Positions 38,290 through 50,625 of a stretch of DNA of 64,000 nt are shown here, one piece after another. Numbering within the stretch: the stretch's first letter is position 1; every line of letters starts with the position of its first letter. The notes below the pieces were generated by a model, which searched no databases, was not told the origin of the DNA, and worked only from the letters and a program-made list of their open reading frames with translations. The position numbers were made by a program, and so were the translations under genes. Location: NCBI RefSeq assembly GCF_032191835.1, contig NC_083238.1, positions 32,178,001 to 32,242,000 of the forward strand, in the 5' to 3' direction. This DNA is from Heteronotia binoei. Its lineage: Eukaryota.

Positions 38290-39530
38290 ACTAAAGTAAG
38301 CGCGTGTGTGTTGTAGAAACTGACCTCCAGAGTTGTTTAGACTACCAGTTTCTACGCCCCACACCACTGAAGCAAGGACTTTTATAAGACCGCATTTAAA
38401 AACGAAAAGAACGTCCCCGTACAAAGCCGCTCCACTTGCACCGCTTGGCGTGCAAGCCTGAGATCTGCAGCTCCAGCCCAGAACCACTGCGCACTGGCAG
38501 CTAACTGCAGCAGGACCCATTGCACGAGGCTCCCAGAGCATGCTCAATCCCGCGCCAGGAGGGCCACGCTGAAGCTAGGCCTACACACAGAGGGGCATTT
38601 TGGTGCTTTTGGTTTCCTAATGAGCCTCACGGGCTGTCCCAGCTCCCCCCGTTCCCGCAGTCAGACGCGTGTAGCCAGGCGACCCTTCCCCACCTCGGTT
38701 TTGGCCCGCGAGGGCTCCTTCTCTTCTCCTTGCTCCCGAGTAGGCGCTGCTACTGCTGCCTTTGACGGGCCGGGCGGGTTATATTTAGCCTCTTGCGTCC
38801 AAGGGAAATTGCAGTGCTCAGAGCAGCAGCCCCGACGCCGGAGCCAGTGAGGTGTGCTGGGGGGTGTGGGGCGGAGGTGACAGCGGAGATCGATGAGCCA
38901 GGTGGTTCTGCCTCCCCGCACAGCCGCCGGCCCGCCAAAGGCAGCAGCAAGCGGGTGGCTGCGGGAGGGACCCGTTCCCCCCCTGGGCGCAGGGGGACAC
39001 TGCAGACACCGGCGAACAAAGCGCGGGGGGGGGGAGTGTAAGGGAAAGGCAGGCAGGCAGGCAGGGGGAGGGGGCAGAACAGCGCAGGCAGCCGCCCACC
39101 CACCAGCCACCGCAGCAGCTGCCGGGCGAGCTAGGCAAACATGGTCGCGGCGCACACGTCCCATCCGTCCTCCTCCAACGAGTGGATCGCCTGCCTGGAT
39201 AAAAGGTACCGGCACCTGCCCGCCTGCCTGTCCGCCCGCCCGCAGCGGGGAGGGGGAGCACGGGAAGGAAGGCCAGAGGGAGGGGCCGGGTGGGTGTGCG
39301 GGAGTGAATTGGGTTTCCTTCGGCGTCGCCCGCCCTTCTCCGGCTCCCCCACCCCCCCTACGATGCCTTGCAAAATTGTAGTAAGAATAAAGGCGAGCGA
39401 GAGAAATGGGCAGATCGGTCGAAAAATCCCTGCTGCGGGTAGGGGGGGGGGGGGAGGTGAAGCTGCAAGGGGGGTGTCGGGATTGCTGTGGGTGGGTCTG
39501 TGTGATCTATCTATCGATCGATCTTTCATC
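38290..39530. promoter_or_regulatory. CpG island promoter of RAPGEF4
   Basis: Abrupt rise in GC and CpG. GC boxes at 38772-38778 and 38868-38877, TTATATTTAG at 38779-38788, half-CRE TGACG at 38763-38767. Surrounds the first exon. Confidence 0.9.
39141..39205 (+). CDS. RAPGEF4: Rap guanine nucleotide exchange factor 4 (Epac2), first coding exon
   Basis: ATG at 39141 reads [21 protein letters not shown]+AG, followed by a GT donor (AG|GTACCG) at 39206. This closely matches the recalled human N-terminus [22 protein letters not shown]. Good Kozak context (GCAAACATGG) in a CpG island. Confidence 0.95.
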
Positions 39531-40538
39531 TGTCCTCTCCTGGGTCAGGAGGAAGGGAGCTATTTTGCGTTTCATCTACATCATAATAGCCTGGAGAGCT
39601 ACCCGTTATCCCATAGGGTGCCTGTGAAATACTGTACGCCCCCCGTTTCTGATGTCTAGGGCTGATGCTGGAAGATTTGCAGGCCTGTTACTGATAGGGA
39701 TCAATACATCTGTCTACTGGCCCACCTTCCCAGTAAGCAACAGAAAGGGGGTCTCACTGTTTGTGGGGGAAGGGACATAGCCGGGAAAGTTAAATCCAGC
39801 AGTGAGGATCGGATAGAATAGATCACCCCACCAAAAACTACTGTAATAAAAAAAACTACTATATTAATGCTGATATTAGCATTTCCACAGTGATGCTTTA
39901 TTTAGGTATTTTAATGTCCTGTTTTTCCTCCTAATTGGGACCTCTCCTAATTGGTGCACCTCTCCTCCATTTTATCTGCACAACCACAACCCTGTGAGGT
40001 AGATTAGGCTGAGAGCAGCACTGGCTCTACCACTAGGCAGACTAGGCAATTGTCTAGGCTGCTGGCCTTCCGGGGGCGCCAAATTGGGTGCCCCCCTCAC
40101 GTGACTTGGTGACGTTATCAGTGCAGTGGGGGGCACCAGAAGTTAGCCTAGCCTAGGGTGCCAGACAGTCTAGCTGAGAAAGAAGCCCTGTTCACACATT
40201 ACAGAGAATTCACTTGCATTCCTTTGTAAGAAAGAGCCAGTGCACCTTTGCTTTAGAAATGAAAGTGGGAACAAGTCCCTGGATCAGTGTAGGGTTTAAA
40301 TCATGTGCATGCATTGAACACAACATGAGAATTGCTCCATGTATGTATAAAGCAAAATCCAGTGTGTACAGTACATGGTTTGTAGGTGCATTCTCCGTAA
40401 CTTGTGAACAGAGCTAGTGACTGACCCAAGGTCAACCAGTGAGTTTCCGTGGCAGAGTGTTGACTTGAACCTGGGTCGCCCGGATAGTGATTTAACACTG
40501 TAACCACTACAAGATACTGTAAATTATTTCTTGGGAGG

Positions 40539-40749
40539 TAGATCCAAGTGGGCAGCCATGTTGGTCTGAAGCAGTAGAACAAAGCAGGAGTCAAATGGCA
40601 CTGTAAGACCAACAAAGTTTTATTCAGAAGGTAAGCTTTCGTGTGCTGTAAGCACCTGCTCTGATGAAGTGTGCTTACAGCACACAAAAGCTTACATTCT
40701 GAATAAAAATTTTGTTAGTCTTAAAGGTGCCACTTGACTCCTACTTTGT
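40539..40749. mobile_element. Penelope-like non-autonomous inverted element with hammerhead-core relics
   Basis: Two outward-facing arms (gcacacgaaagcttac..tgaataaaactttgttggtctt..gtgcca..gactcc); ctgatga at 40661; TSD tcttgggagg/tcttgtgagg. Confidence 0.7.
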
Positions 40750-41095
40750 TCTTGTGAGGGTGAGGCAACAATAATGTAAAATTCTATTCCATCTTCTTGA
40801 TTGGCTGACCTTCTGCAGTGACTCATCTTTACCTTGTTGCTGACTTAGTGAATGCATGGGCTGCTTTGGAGGAGGGAAGGATCTCTGGCCTGTTGTGAAG
40901 CAGAAAGATGGCCAGAGGGTGTTTAGGCTCTCTCCAGTGTTTGTTTTGGTATCTCTTTGAATCCACAGGGTGCACCAGTTCTGCCAGTGCATTATATGGG
41001 GGAAAGTTCTGTCCCATTGCAGCTGGCTTACAATGAACCTGAAGGGTTTTCCAAGCAAGAGATAATACCATCACCTGCCTCTGTGAAGCAACCCT

Positions 41096-41375
41096 GGACC
41101 CAGTTTGGTGTAGTGGTTAAGTGTGCGGGCTCTTATCTGGGAGAACCAGGTTTGGTTCCCCACTCCTCCACATACACCTGCTGATGTGACCTTGGGTCTG
41201 CCACAAGTTCTCTCAATGCTGTTCTGCTCAAGAGCAGTTCTGGGAGAGCTCTCTCAGTCCCACCTACCTCACAGGATGTCTGTTGTGGGGAGAGGAAGGG
41301 AAATGGAGATTGTAAGCCACTCGGAGATTCCTTTGGCTGGTGAAAGGCGGGGTATAAATTCAATCTCTTCTTCTT
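41096..41375 (+). mobile_element. Squam3-like SINE
   Basis: ccagtttggtgtagtggttaagtgtgcgg...ggcggggtataaattcaatctcttcttc. Confidence 0.8.
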
Positions 41376-42210
41376 AGTGATCACCCATGTCGTCCCCAAG
41401 AATAGCATTCTACTTCAGATATCAGGAAGGAAAGCATGCTGTGTGTGTCCTGACCTGTCTATCTGACTAAATCTATGGTGACCTCCTGAAGACTGAGGTG
41501 GGGACAGTGCATAGTCCATCACTTTTCTAACAACCCATGCAAGTCCTAACCAAGACTGAACTTGCTTTAGCTTTGGAAGTCTGAGGAGATTGGGCTAGTC
41601 TGGGTCGTCAAGGGCAGGGCCCAGAGTAGGATACAAGATGCCTGTCTTGGTTGTACTTTGCAACTCTGGCAGTCTTCAAACAGCAGCTGGATGAACCCGT
41701 CGGATGCTGTGGCCAAACTTGCTTCATGTAAGAGGCACATAGGAAGGCAGGCGGGCAAATAGATGGGGAAGGGAGGAGGGAGAGAGAAGTGGAAAGAAAG
41801 CAACTTTAACTTTAAATACATTCCCCCAAGTTGCTGGCGGGCTTGGCTTGGGGGAGTGATTTCAGAAGAGAAAGGCCTTCTCCAAGAAAGCTGACAGGGC
41901 AGTGGAGGGTTTGAGATCTGCAGTGTGTGTGTGTGAAAGAGCCACATACGGCTCCCTAGGCATAGTTTAGCCACCCCTGTTTTAGGTTGATCCTGCATTG
42001 TGCAGGGGGTTGGACTAGATGGCCTGTATGGCCCCTTCTAGTTCTATGATGATGGCGTGGCTTATGCTTTGGTTGATTTACTCAAATGTGTTGGCTCTTG
42101 GGCTTTATTTATTTATTTTGATTTATATCCCACACTTCCCGCAAGCAGGGCGGGTCACAACAGTAAATTACAGTCATTAAAACAATTAAAGAAATAAATA
42201 TCAGAACGAT

Positions 42211-42515
42211 AAAGGTAAAGGTAGTCCCCTGTGCAAGCACCAGTCGTTTCTGACTCTGGGGTGATGTCGCATCATGATGTTTTCACGGCAGACTTTTTCA
42301 CGGCTAACTTTTGCCATTGCCTTCCCCAATCATCTACGCTCCCCCCCCCCCCCCCCCCAGCAAGCTGGGTACTCATTTTACTGATTTCGGAAGGATGGAA
42401 GGCTGAGTCAACCTTGAGCCAGCTACTTGAACCCAGCTTCTGCTGGGATCGAATTAAGGTTGTGAGCAGAGCTTGGACTGTAGTACTGCAGCTTACACTC
42501 TGTGCCACGGGGCTC
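42211..42515 (-). mobile_element. Sauria SINE
   Basis: aaaggtaaaggtagtcccctgtgcaagcacc...ctctgtgccacggggctc. Confidence 0.9.
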
Positions 42516-42646
42516 TTTTTTAATCAGAACAATAAAAACAGTTAAAGCTGGCCATTACAACAGATTACATGCTCAGCGATCCTAATAGATGGAAGTGATT
42601 GGGCCGCAGCCAAACCACAAAGATCTTGTTAGTGGCAGCATAGCAT

Positions 42647-42908
42647 CAGGGCTTTTTTGAGCAGGAACGCAGTTCTGGCTGGCTTGGTAATACGCCTAAT
42701 ATGCAAATACGTTCCTGCTGGGCTTTTTCTACAAAAAAGCCCTGTGTGAAACAATGGTGCTGTCAGAGAGTGTGGCCTAATATGCAAATGAGTTCCTGCT
42801 GGGCTTTTTCTACAAAAAAGCCCTGTGTGAAACAATGGTGCTGTCAGGGAGTGTGGCCTAATATGTAAATAAGTTCCTGCTGGACTTTTTCTACAAAAAA
42901 AAGCCCTG
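42647..42908. mobile_element. hAT MITE with three tandem octamer units
   Basis: cagggc...gccctg; TSD catagcat/cattacat; ATGCAAAT at 42701 and 42782, ATGTAAAT at 42863. Confidence 0.85.
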
Positions 42909-44293
42909 CATTACATTAAAAGACTGCTATAAAAGCCAGCATCCACCACCTCAACCAAAGGCCTGGCGAAACAGCTCCATTTTGCAGGCCCTGCAAAACT
43001 GTAGACCAGGGTGTTAAGCATAAGGCCCGGGACCCAGAACTTGCCCATCCAGGGCTCTTATGCGGCCTGCGAGCAGCTGGTGCAAGAGAGGGAACAGAAG
43101 ACTGTTGGGGGAGGGGAATGGGTGATGCCACTCCAATTGTGGCTTCAGCACAATGGAACAACCTCATCTGCCACAGCCAAACAACATGGGAGCATCTGCC
43201 CAGTGCTGCACCGCTGACTCTCCAGTCTACCTGTGTGGGTTTTCCTCTGCCCCCCATCCCAGCCCAAGAGGTCTTGCAGTGAGGATACACCAACTCAGAG
43301 CTTATCAGTGCTGATATCCTTTCTATACAGCTTATATCTCTGCTTTTGAGTAGACACCCTAGGCCTGCTTGCTCCTATGCGCAATGTTCCCTCTAAGCTG
43401 CAGAGTCTTGTGAGCAAAAATTCTCCTTTGTGAGCTACTGGCATTAAAGTTGTGAGCTACTGCATAAATCACTGTGCTCTGGGGCCATCCTTCCTGAGCT
43501 AAGACAAAAAATTCGTGAGCTGGAGGCTAAAAATCTGTGAGCTAGCTCACGCTAACTCAGCTTAGAGGGAACACTGCCCATGAGTAAGGGCTTTGAGTAT
43601 GCAGTGTATCAGCTGTCCAGTGCTAACATTTGTGTATAGTGTGTATCTTTCTCACATGCATTTCCATGAAAAAAAATGTCTTGGGTTTACTAAATATCTT
43701 CTTGTACAGGATTATCTTTACTGGAGATCCAGTTTTACACCTTGCACATATTCCTAGGAGAAGATATCTCTCCTTCAAGACCCATATAAACTAAGCAGGA
43801 GGAGGGAAAAATCTGCAGTACTTACCTTAGCTTTGTTCCCTCCCTAAAAGTCCTTTAACAAATTCATAATCAGGGGCAGTCGTCGTGATTGTTCCCTGAT
43901 ACTGACAGACAGGATAATTTGCTCTTACATCCAATTGTAGGTTTAGCAGTAAACACTTCACTGTTAGTCATTGTTTCTCATTAACACTGATTAAAGGGTG
44001 AAAAAAAAGATGGAAGCAAAATAACACTTACCTTTAAAGCACCTGGATCGGTTTTTCAAAAAACAGATTTGTTATAGATGGCCAAAAAAAAAAAAGAACC
44101 AAAAGTGTGATATCATTCTCCCAACAATAATACCTGCATGCTAGGTGCGTGTTACAGCATCCCGCCTTAAACTGATCCTGTGGGTGGTGAAAGGATAGTG
44201 ATTTTGATAAATATTTCTTTTGTTTGTTTTTTCTGGATATCCTCCAGAGTGGTTAATATTAAGTATGCATGATGCACTCAGTACATACCAGAA

Positions 44294-44903
44294 CAGGGGT
44301 GGCCAAACTTGCTTAATGTAAGAGCCACATAGAATAAGCGTCAGATGTTCAAGAGTCACAAGAAATGAACATCATATTTTTGAGAGCTGCAAGACAGGGG
44401 AGGGGAGGGAAGGAAGGAAAATGGATGGAGAGAAGAAGATGATGATATTGGATTTATATCCCGCTCTATCTCAAAGTCAGAGTGGTCACAGTTTCCTCTA
44501 CCTCTTCCCCCCTCCACAACGGACACCCTGTGAGGTAGGTGGGGTTGAGAGAGCTTTCAGCTGCCTTTTCAAAGACAATTCCTGTGTAAGCTATGGCTGA
44601 TCCAAGTCCGTTCCAGCAGCTGCAAGTGGAGGAGTGGGGAAACAAACCCGGTTCTCCCACATAAGAGTCCGTGCACTTAACCACTACACCAAACTGGCTC
44701 TCAGGAGGGAGGGAGAGGTGGAAAGAAAGCAACTTTCTTTAAATGTTTTCTCCAAGATGCAGCCTGGCTTGGCTTGGAGAAGTATTTTAAAGAGCGAAAT
44801 GTCTTCTCCAAACTAGCCGACAGGACAGTGGGGGCTTTGAGAGCCACACAATATGTGTGAAAGAGCCACATGTGGCTCCTGAGCAACAGTTCGGCCACTC
44901 CTA
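44294..44903. mobile_element. hAT (Charlie-like CAGGGGTGG TIR) MITE containing a Squam3-like SINE (44434-44702, -)
   Basis: TIR caggggtggccaaac / gttcggccactccta; TSD taccagaa/tactagaa. Confidence 0.8.
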
Positions 44904-45378
44904 TACTAGAAGATCACTGAGAGAGAGAGTGAGTTGGTGGAATGGAGAAACTACAGCCCTTAAGAGTCCAACTGTGAAAACCTAATTATAGTCAGACTTT
45001 TGTAATTTCATGGAAGCCGGTGGGTGCGGAAGAGTGTAACTCTACTTAGGATGGCAATGTAATGGTTTTGTTAGGTGGCACTGATAGCAGCTGGTAACAT
45101 TGTGAAACCGAACCAAATCTATACTTACCAACCCTAAGCATGAGTATCACATGCCATAGGTTCATAATCCAAACAACTCCCTCAAAAGAGCACCTATCAG
45201 AGTATACGCCATACCTCCATGCAACTTAGTGACACGATCAGACTCTGCCAAAGGCCCTGTCTCATGATGCAATCATCTTTAGATAGAAGGGAACAGATGC
45301 TACATAATGGAAGGGAACAATTCTGAATAAAGAAGCTCCATAATAGTCTCTGGATATCAACCCACAAACCGAATAAAA

Positions 45379-45836
45379 CAGGGGTGTCAAACATTCTGCC
45401 TAGGGGCCAAATCAGGCCCCCGGAGGGCTCCAATCAGGCCCCTGAGCAACTGGCTGTCGTCTGCTTCCTTTTTCCTCTCTCTTGCTTCCTTCTGCATAAC
45501 AGCTTGCTTTGCAAGGCTTGCTCAATCGCACAGGAGCTACAGCGCAAAACCTCTATTTTCTACATTGGCTGAGGCTCTTCCCCCTCCTGGTTCCCGGGGG
45601 AAGGAAGGAAAGAGATAGAGATTCCTTTACCCAGTTCCCTGTATCCCATAGGAGAGATACAAAGAAAGCACCTTTAAGGCCAATGAGTGCTGATGTTTTA
45701 ATTTTAAAAAATATTTAATTGTGTTTGTGTGTGTTCTTTAAAAAGTTATTACATTTTATGATGCCCATGGCCCCGCCCAACATAGTCCCATTTATGTCAG
45801 ACCCAGGCCTCATAACAAATGAGTTCAATGCCCCTG
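45379..45836. mobile_element. hAT (Charlie-like CAGGGGTGTC TIR) MITE; related copies ~46580-47197, 51288-51460, ~52150-52381
   Basis: TIR caggggtgtcaaac / gttcaatgcccctg; TSD gaataaaa/aaataaaa. Confidence 0.8.
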
Positions 45837-47696
45837 AAATAAAACTTGAGTTTTATATCAGAAGTATCAGCTCCCTTTCAGCCTCTCCATAGAGCCACAA
45901 ACAGGTATATGGTGAGGTTACAGAGCCAGTGAGTAGACAACCAGTGTTCTGTAGAGTTGGACTAGGATCTGGGAGACTCAGGTTCAACTCCCCACTCTGC
46001 CATGGAAGCTTATTTGGTGACCTTGGATTGGCCACACACACTCAGCCTAGCCTACTGCACAGGATGGTTGTTGTGAGGATAAAAGCCAAGAGTGGAGGAT
46101 CTTGTAAGCCCCTTTGGGTCCCTACTGGATGAGAGAAGTGAGGTATAAATAGCTGAATAAAGCTCTCCGGTTTGGGCAAGGCTGTGGCAATATGAGACAG
46201 CATTTACTTTGCACGCAGGTACTCCCGCTCCGATCCGTAGGCTCGCAGGTTGAAAGATCTCAGGTTGGGAAAGACCCTCCTTTGCCTGAGACCCCGGAGA
46301 GCTGTTGCCAGAACAGAAGATGGTGAGCTAGAGCGGCCAGTGGTATCAAGAGAGAAAGTCAAGCAGTTGTATGCAGTTAGTTTCAACAGAATGCTGGGTG
46401 GGAGGGGAAGTGACGTGCCACACTTTTAGATTGTTGATCTTCTTTATTTGCAAATGGAATGTTTACTGTGTTTGTGTCCTTTTCATTTCTATCAACTTGA
46501 ACATTCTATCAACTCGAACATGTGCTATTACTGAACGTTACAAAGTTCTGCTATATAGTAGTGTCAACAACATGTTAGATCGGGGTGTCGAACTCATTTG
46601 TTATGAGGGCTGGATCTGGCATAAATGAGACCTTACTGGGCTGGACCATGTCAGGTTGGGCTGAGCCATGTCTGGCCAGGTCATGTGCATGCCTATTTAA
46701 GGTTAGGTAGCAGAGATATAAATTTTATAAAGAACACTGACAAACACAAATACATATATTTTAAAAAACTTAAAACATGCTTAAAATGTTAGCATTCATT
46801 GGTCTTAAGGATGCTTTCTTTGTATTTCACCCATGGGATCCAGGGAACTGGGCAAAGGAAGCTCTGGCTCTTTCCTTCCTTCCCCAGGGGACTGGGGGGG
46901 GGAGCCTCAGCCAACAGAGGAAGAGATACTTGGCTCAATAGCTCAGCTGTGCAATTGAGAGAGCCCGGCAAAGCAAGCTATTCCTCCCCCCTTCCTCCCC
47001 AAGGGAGGAGCCTCAGCCAATGGAGAAAATAGAGGCTTTGCTCTGTAGCTCCTGTGCAATTGAGCAAGCCTTGCAAAGCAAGCTATTATGCAGAAGGAAG
47101 CAAGAGAGAGGGAGAAGAAAGCAGATGACAGCCAGTTGCTCGGGGGCCTGATAGAAGCCCTCTGAGGGCCTGATTCAGTCCTTGAACTGCACCCGTGCAT
47201 TATATAGTAACTCAAGCCAGTAACCAGTGGGTGAAAGAAACATGGACTGATTCCTCACCAGCATTTGCTCTGCCCCCGGGCTTCTCTTTGCACCAGCTCA
47301 AGCCATTGATTCCTGACCAGTCCCTCTGTGGCACCTCTTGCTTCGAGGCTCCTTCCCATTCCTGTCGCGGCAACTGGAACTCCAAAAAACCAGCATCCTT
47401 TTGCTGCAACGGTAATGGGAAGGAGCCATGATGCAAGAAGCGCCTGTGGAGCAACTAGTGGGGAATCCATTGCTTGAGCTGGTGCAAGGAGAAGCCTGGG
47501 GGCAGAGCAAATGCCGGTTAGGAATCAGTCATGATGGTTCTGGTTCAGATTAGGCCATACGCTGGTTTGGTTGTGGTCCATTTTTACTGCTCTCTATAAC
47601 GAGGGGTGGATTTACATCAATTGAAAAGAAGCAGGATGGTTTATGTCTGCCTGAAAAGGAATGAGATGGTGTCCCATCCAAGCCTACTTTGTGTAC

Positions 47697-47975
47697 GCTT
47701 GGTGTAGTGTTTAAGTGTGCAGACTCTTATCTGGGAGAACTGTGTTTGATTCCCCACTCCTCCACTTGCACCTGCTAGCATGGCCTTTAGTCAGCCATAG
47801 CTCTGGCAGAGGTTGCCCTTGAAAGGGCAGCTGCTGTGAGAGCCCTCTCCAGCCCCACCCACCTCACAGGGTGTCTGTTGTGGGGGAGGAAGGTAAAGAA
47901 GATTGTGAACCGCTCTGAGACTCTTTGGAGTGGAGGGCGGGATGTAAATCCAATATCTTCTTCAATATCTTCTTC
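47697..47975 (+). mobile_element. Squam3-like SINE
   Basis: ttggtgtagtgtttaagtgtgcagactcttatctggg...gggcgggatgtaaatccaatatcttcttc. Confidence 0.8.
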
Positions 47976-48402
47976 TACTCTGCGAGCACTGCCAAAACCC
48001 ATTGAGATTGCTGATTTGGAAGCAAAGCCCTTACAAACCACGGACATAATGGGAGCCATTTTTGGAGATAAGGAGAGAGCACAATCTAAATGGATGCCTC
48101 CAAAGAGCCAATGCTGACCTAGGACTTGGCACTGGTATGAGCTTGTGGGTGTTCTGTATAAAGGCAAGTGATGCCGGGTAGCTGTTATTTATCATTTATA
48201 TTGCACCAGTTCCCTAAGTGTTTCAGAGTGTTCATTGTGGAGTGAAAGCCAGAGGTTATTACGGAGTTGCTTTATGCAGAATTGTTCCCTTCCGTCATGT
48301 TGCATCTGTCCACTTCAATTTATGAATGATGACATCATGTGGCGGGCCTTTGGCAGTTTCTGTTCATGTCACTGCTGCATAGAGATACGGCTTAGTTCTG
48401 AT

Positions 48403-49392
48403 TAGGGATGGGGCAGACCTGAACCTGAGCCCAAGAAGGGAGCACATCCGGCCAGGGCTCTGGGATCTGCACTGGCTGCCAATAACTTACCGAGTCCGGT
48501 ACAAGGTGCTGGTTATTACCTTTAAAGCCCTATATGGCCTAGGACCTGCCTACTTGAAGGACCGTCTCTCCCCACATGTTCCCCAGAGAGTACTGAGATC
48601 GGGAACTCAAAATCTCCTAGTTATCCCCGGGCCAAAAGAAGCCCGCTTAAAATCTACCAGGGACCGGGCCTTTTCTGTTATGGCCCCTTCTTGGTGGAAC
48701 CAGCTGCCGGAAGAGGTGAGGGCCCTGCGGGACCTTGCTCAGTTCCGCAGGGCCTGTAAGACAACCCTCTTCCGGCTGGCCTATGACTAGCTGGTTCTAG
48801 AAAACCTGTGTAGTGATACTAGATGTCTGCTGTCCCTAATGTTTTAAATGTTTTAAATGTCTTAAAATTTTAAATGTATTAATTATTTTAATTGTTTTAT
48901 GCTTAAATTTGTATTTATGTGAAATTTTGTGTTGTGAGCCGCCCTAAGCCACTTGTTGGGAAGGGCAGGATATAAATCATAAAATAAATACATAAATACA
49001 TAAATACATACATACATACATAAAGTCTAGGCCAGACTTTGCCTGGTTCACAAACCCCGAACTGAGGTTCGAAAAAGGGGCCTTCCCTGAACGCTCAGCA
49101 AGCTTCTGCTCAGTTTGGGTGTTTTGTCCCCGATGTGCACACACCACTTCTGGATGGCATCAAGTGCCACCCCCTGGCATACCTGTGTCATCTGGAAGTG
49201 TGCAAGTGTATTGGCTGACATGCTTGCAGCACTTCCGGGTAATGCAGGTATGTCAGGGGCGGCATCTGATGCCGCCCAGAAGTGACACGAGTATGGATGT
49301 GGGGCCCTGAGCTGGTTCAATTTGGGCAGGGTTTTTGCTTGGGGGTTTGGTTTGAGTCCCGAACCAGGCTTTCCCAGTATGTGCCCATCCCT
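48403..49392. mobile_element. hAT MITE (TAGGGATG TIR) containing an L2 3' fragment
   Basis: tagggatg / catcccta; perfect 8-bp TSD gttctgat (48395-48402, 49393-49400). Confidence 0.85.
48455..49022 (+). mobile_element. L2 LINE 3' fragment
   Basis: ORF 48506-48790 is nearly identical to the C-terminus of the 11014-11631 ORF; (TACA/AAAT)n tail. Confidence 0.9.
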
Positions 49393-50164
49393 AGTTCTGA
49401 TATGTGTTCTGGGGTTGTTGTCAGTGTTCCCTCTAAGCTGAGTTAGTGTGAGCTAGCTCACAGATTTTTAGCCTCCAGCTCACACATTTTTTCTTCGCTC
49501 AGGAGGGATGACCCCAGAGCACAATAATTTATGCAGTAGCTCACAACTTTAATACCAGTAGCTCACAAAGTAGAATTTTTGCACATAAGACTCTGCAGTT
49601 TAGAGGGAACATTGGTTGTCATTTGGATTATGGACCTGTGGCATGCGGTACTCATGCATAGGGCTGATAAATATATTTTCTAGTAACAGCATTGCTATTC
49701 CAAAGAGGAGGTTTGAACCCATTAATTTGGATAGTGTTGGATAGTAATTTGGATAACTGGCTGAATCCACACATGCCACTTAAAGCACATGATACATGAA
49801 ACTGCCTTGTACTTAATCAGACCACTGGTCCATCAAAGTCAGTATTATCTACTCAGACTGGCAGCAGCTCTCCAGAGTTTCAGGTGGATGTCTTTGACAT
49901 CACCTTCTACTGTATTCTTTTCACTGGAGATGCCAGTGATTGAACCTAGGACCCTCTACATGCCAAACAGATGCTCTGTTACTGAACCGCCCCTGCTAGA
50001 GCGTAAGCAAGCCTGTTGGGGTGCATGTATGAAAAAAGAAAAGCACTGATACCAGATTTCTGAGGCAGTTGCTGGCCATGTGAGAAAAATTATTTATAAT
50101 GTGAATGAAAAACAAGAAATGAGCAAGCTGGATCATTTCTCCCTGATAACACTATTTTATTTTG

Positions 50165-50350
50165 ATCTATGGTAGTGGCAGAAAATGCCGCCAAGTCACA
50201 CTTTGTAGAGTTTTCAAGGCAAGAGATGTTCAGAGGTGATTTGCCATTGCCTGCCTCCGCATAGCCATCCTGGACTTCCTTGATGGTCTCCCATCTAAGC
50301 GCAAACTAGGGCAATCTGTTGGGGCTAGCCTGAGCCATCCAGGCCAGAGC
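50165..50350 (-). mobile_element. 5S-derived SINE
   Basis: ggtctcccatctaagc (5S region, reversed) plus tail gagttttcaaggcaagagatgttcagagg. Confidence 0.65.
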
Positions 50351-50439
50351 TTCCAGAACACTGTTCCCTCTGAGATGTGCAAGTGAGTGGCCGCTCATCA
50401 ACACAGGAAGGCCTGCTCAGAAGCAGTCTGGAACCCTGC

Positions 50440-50625
50440 AGGGTCTTGTACTGCCCATTGCCCTCATGGTGCTTGGGGGAGGGCAACATTGGGAGGGCTT
50501 GTAGAGTCCTGGCCCCACTGATGGACCACCTGATGGCACCTTGGGTTTTTTGCCACTGTGTGACACGGAGTGTTGATCTGGATGGGCCATTGGCCTGATC
50601 CAACATGGCTTCTCTTATGTGTTTA
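50440..50625 (+). mobile_element. CR1 3' end
   Basis: ggatgggccattggcctgatccaacatggcttctcttatg. Confidence 0.7.

Noticed and set aside
38661-39659. Long ORFs of 117-184 aa on both strands
   Set aside because: They are by-products of GC-rich CpG-island DNA; the 39141 ORF reads through the splice donor into the intron.
42690-42900. CRISPR-like regularly spaced repeats
   Set aside because: The whole unit is repeated with no unique spacers; these are hAT subterminal tandem repeats in a vertebrate genome.
43695-43800. Acceptor-like ttcttgtacag followed by codons for IIFT, resembling RAPGEF4 exon 2 (DIIFTRLK)
   Set aside because: The match is only four residues. The sequence continues GDPVLH and lacks the preceding PLERSSEDVD, so it is a chance similarity.
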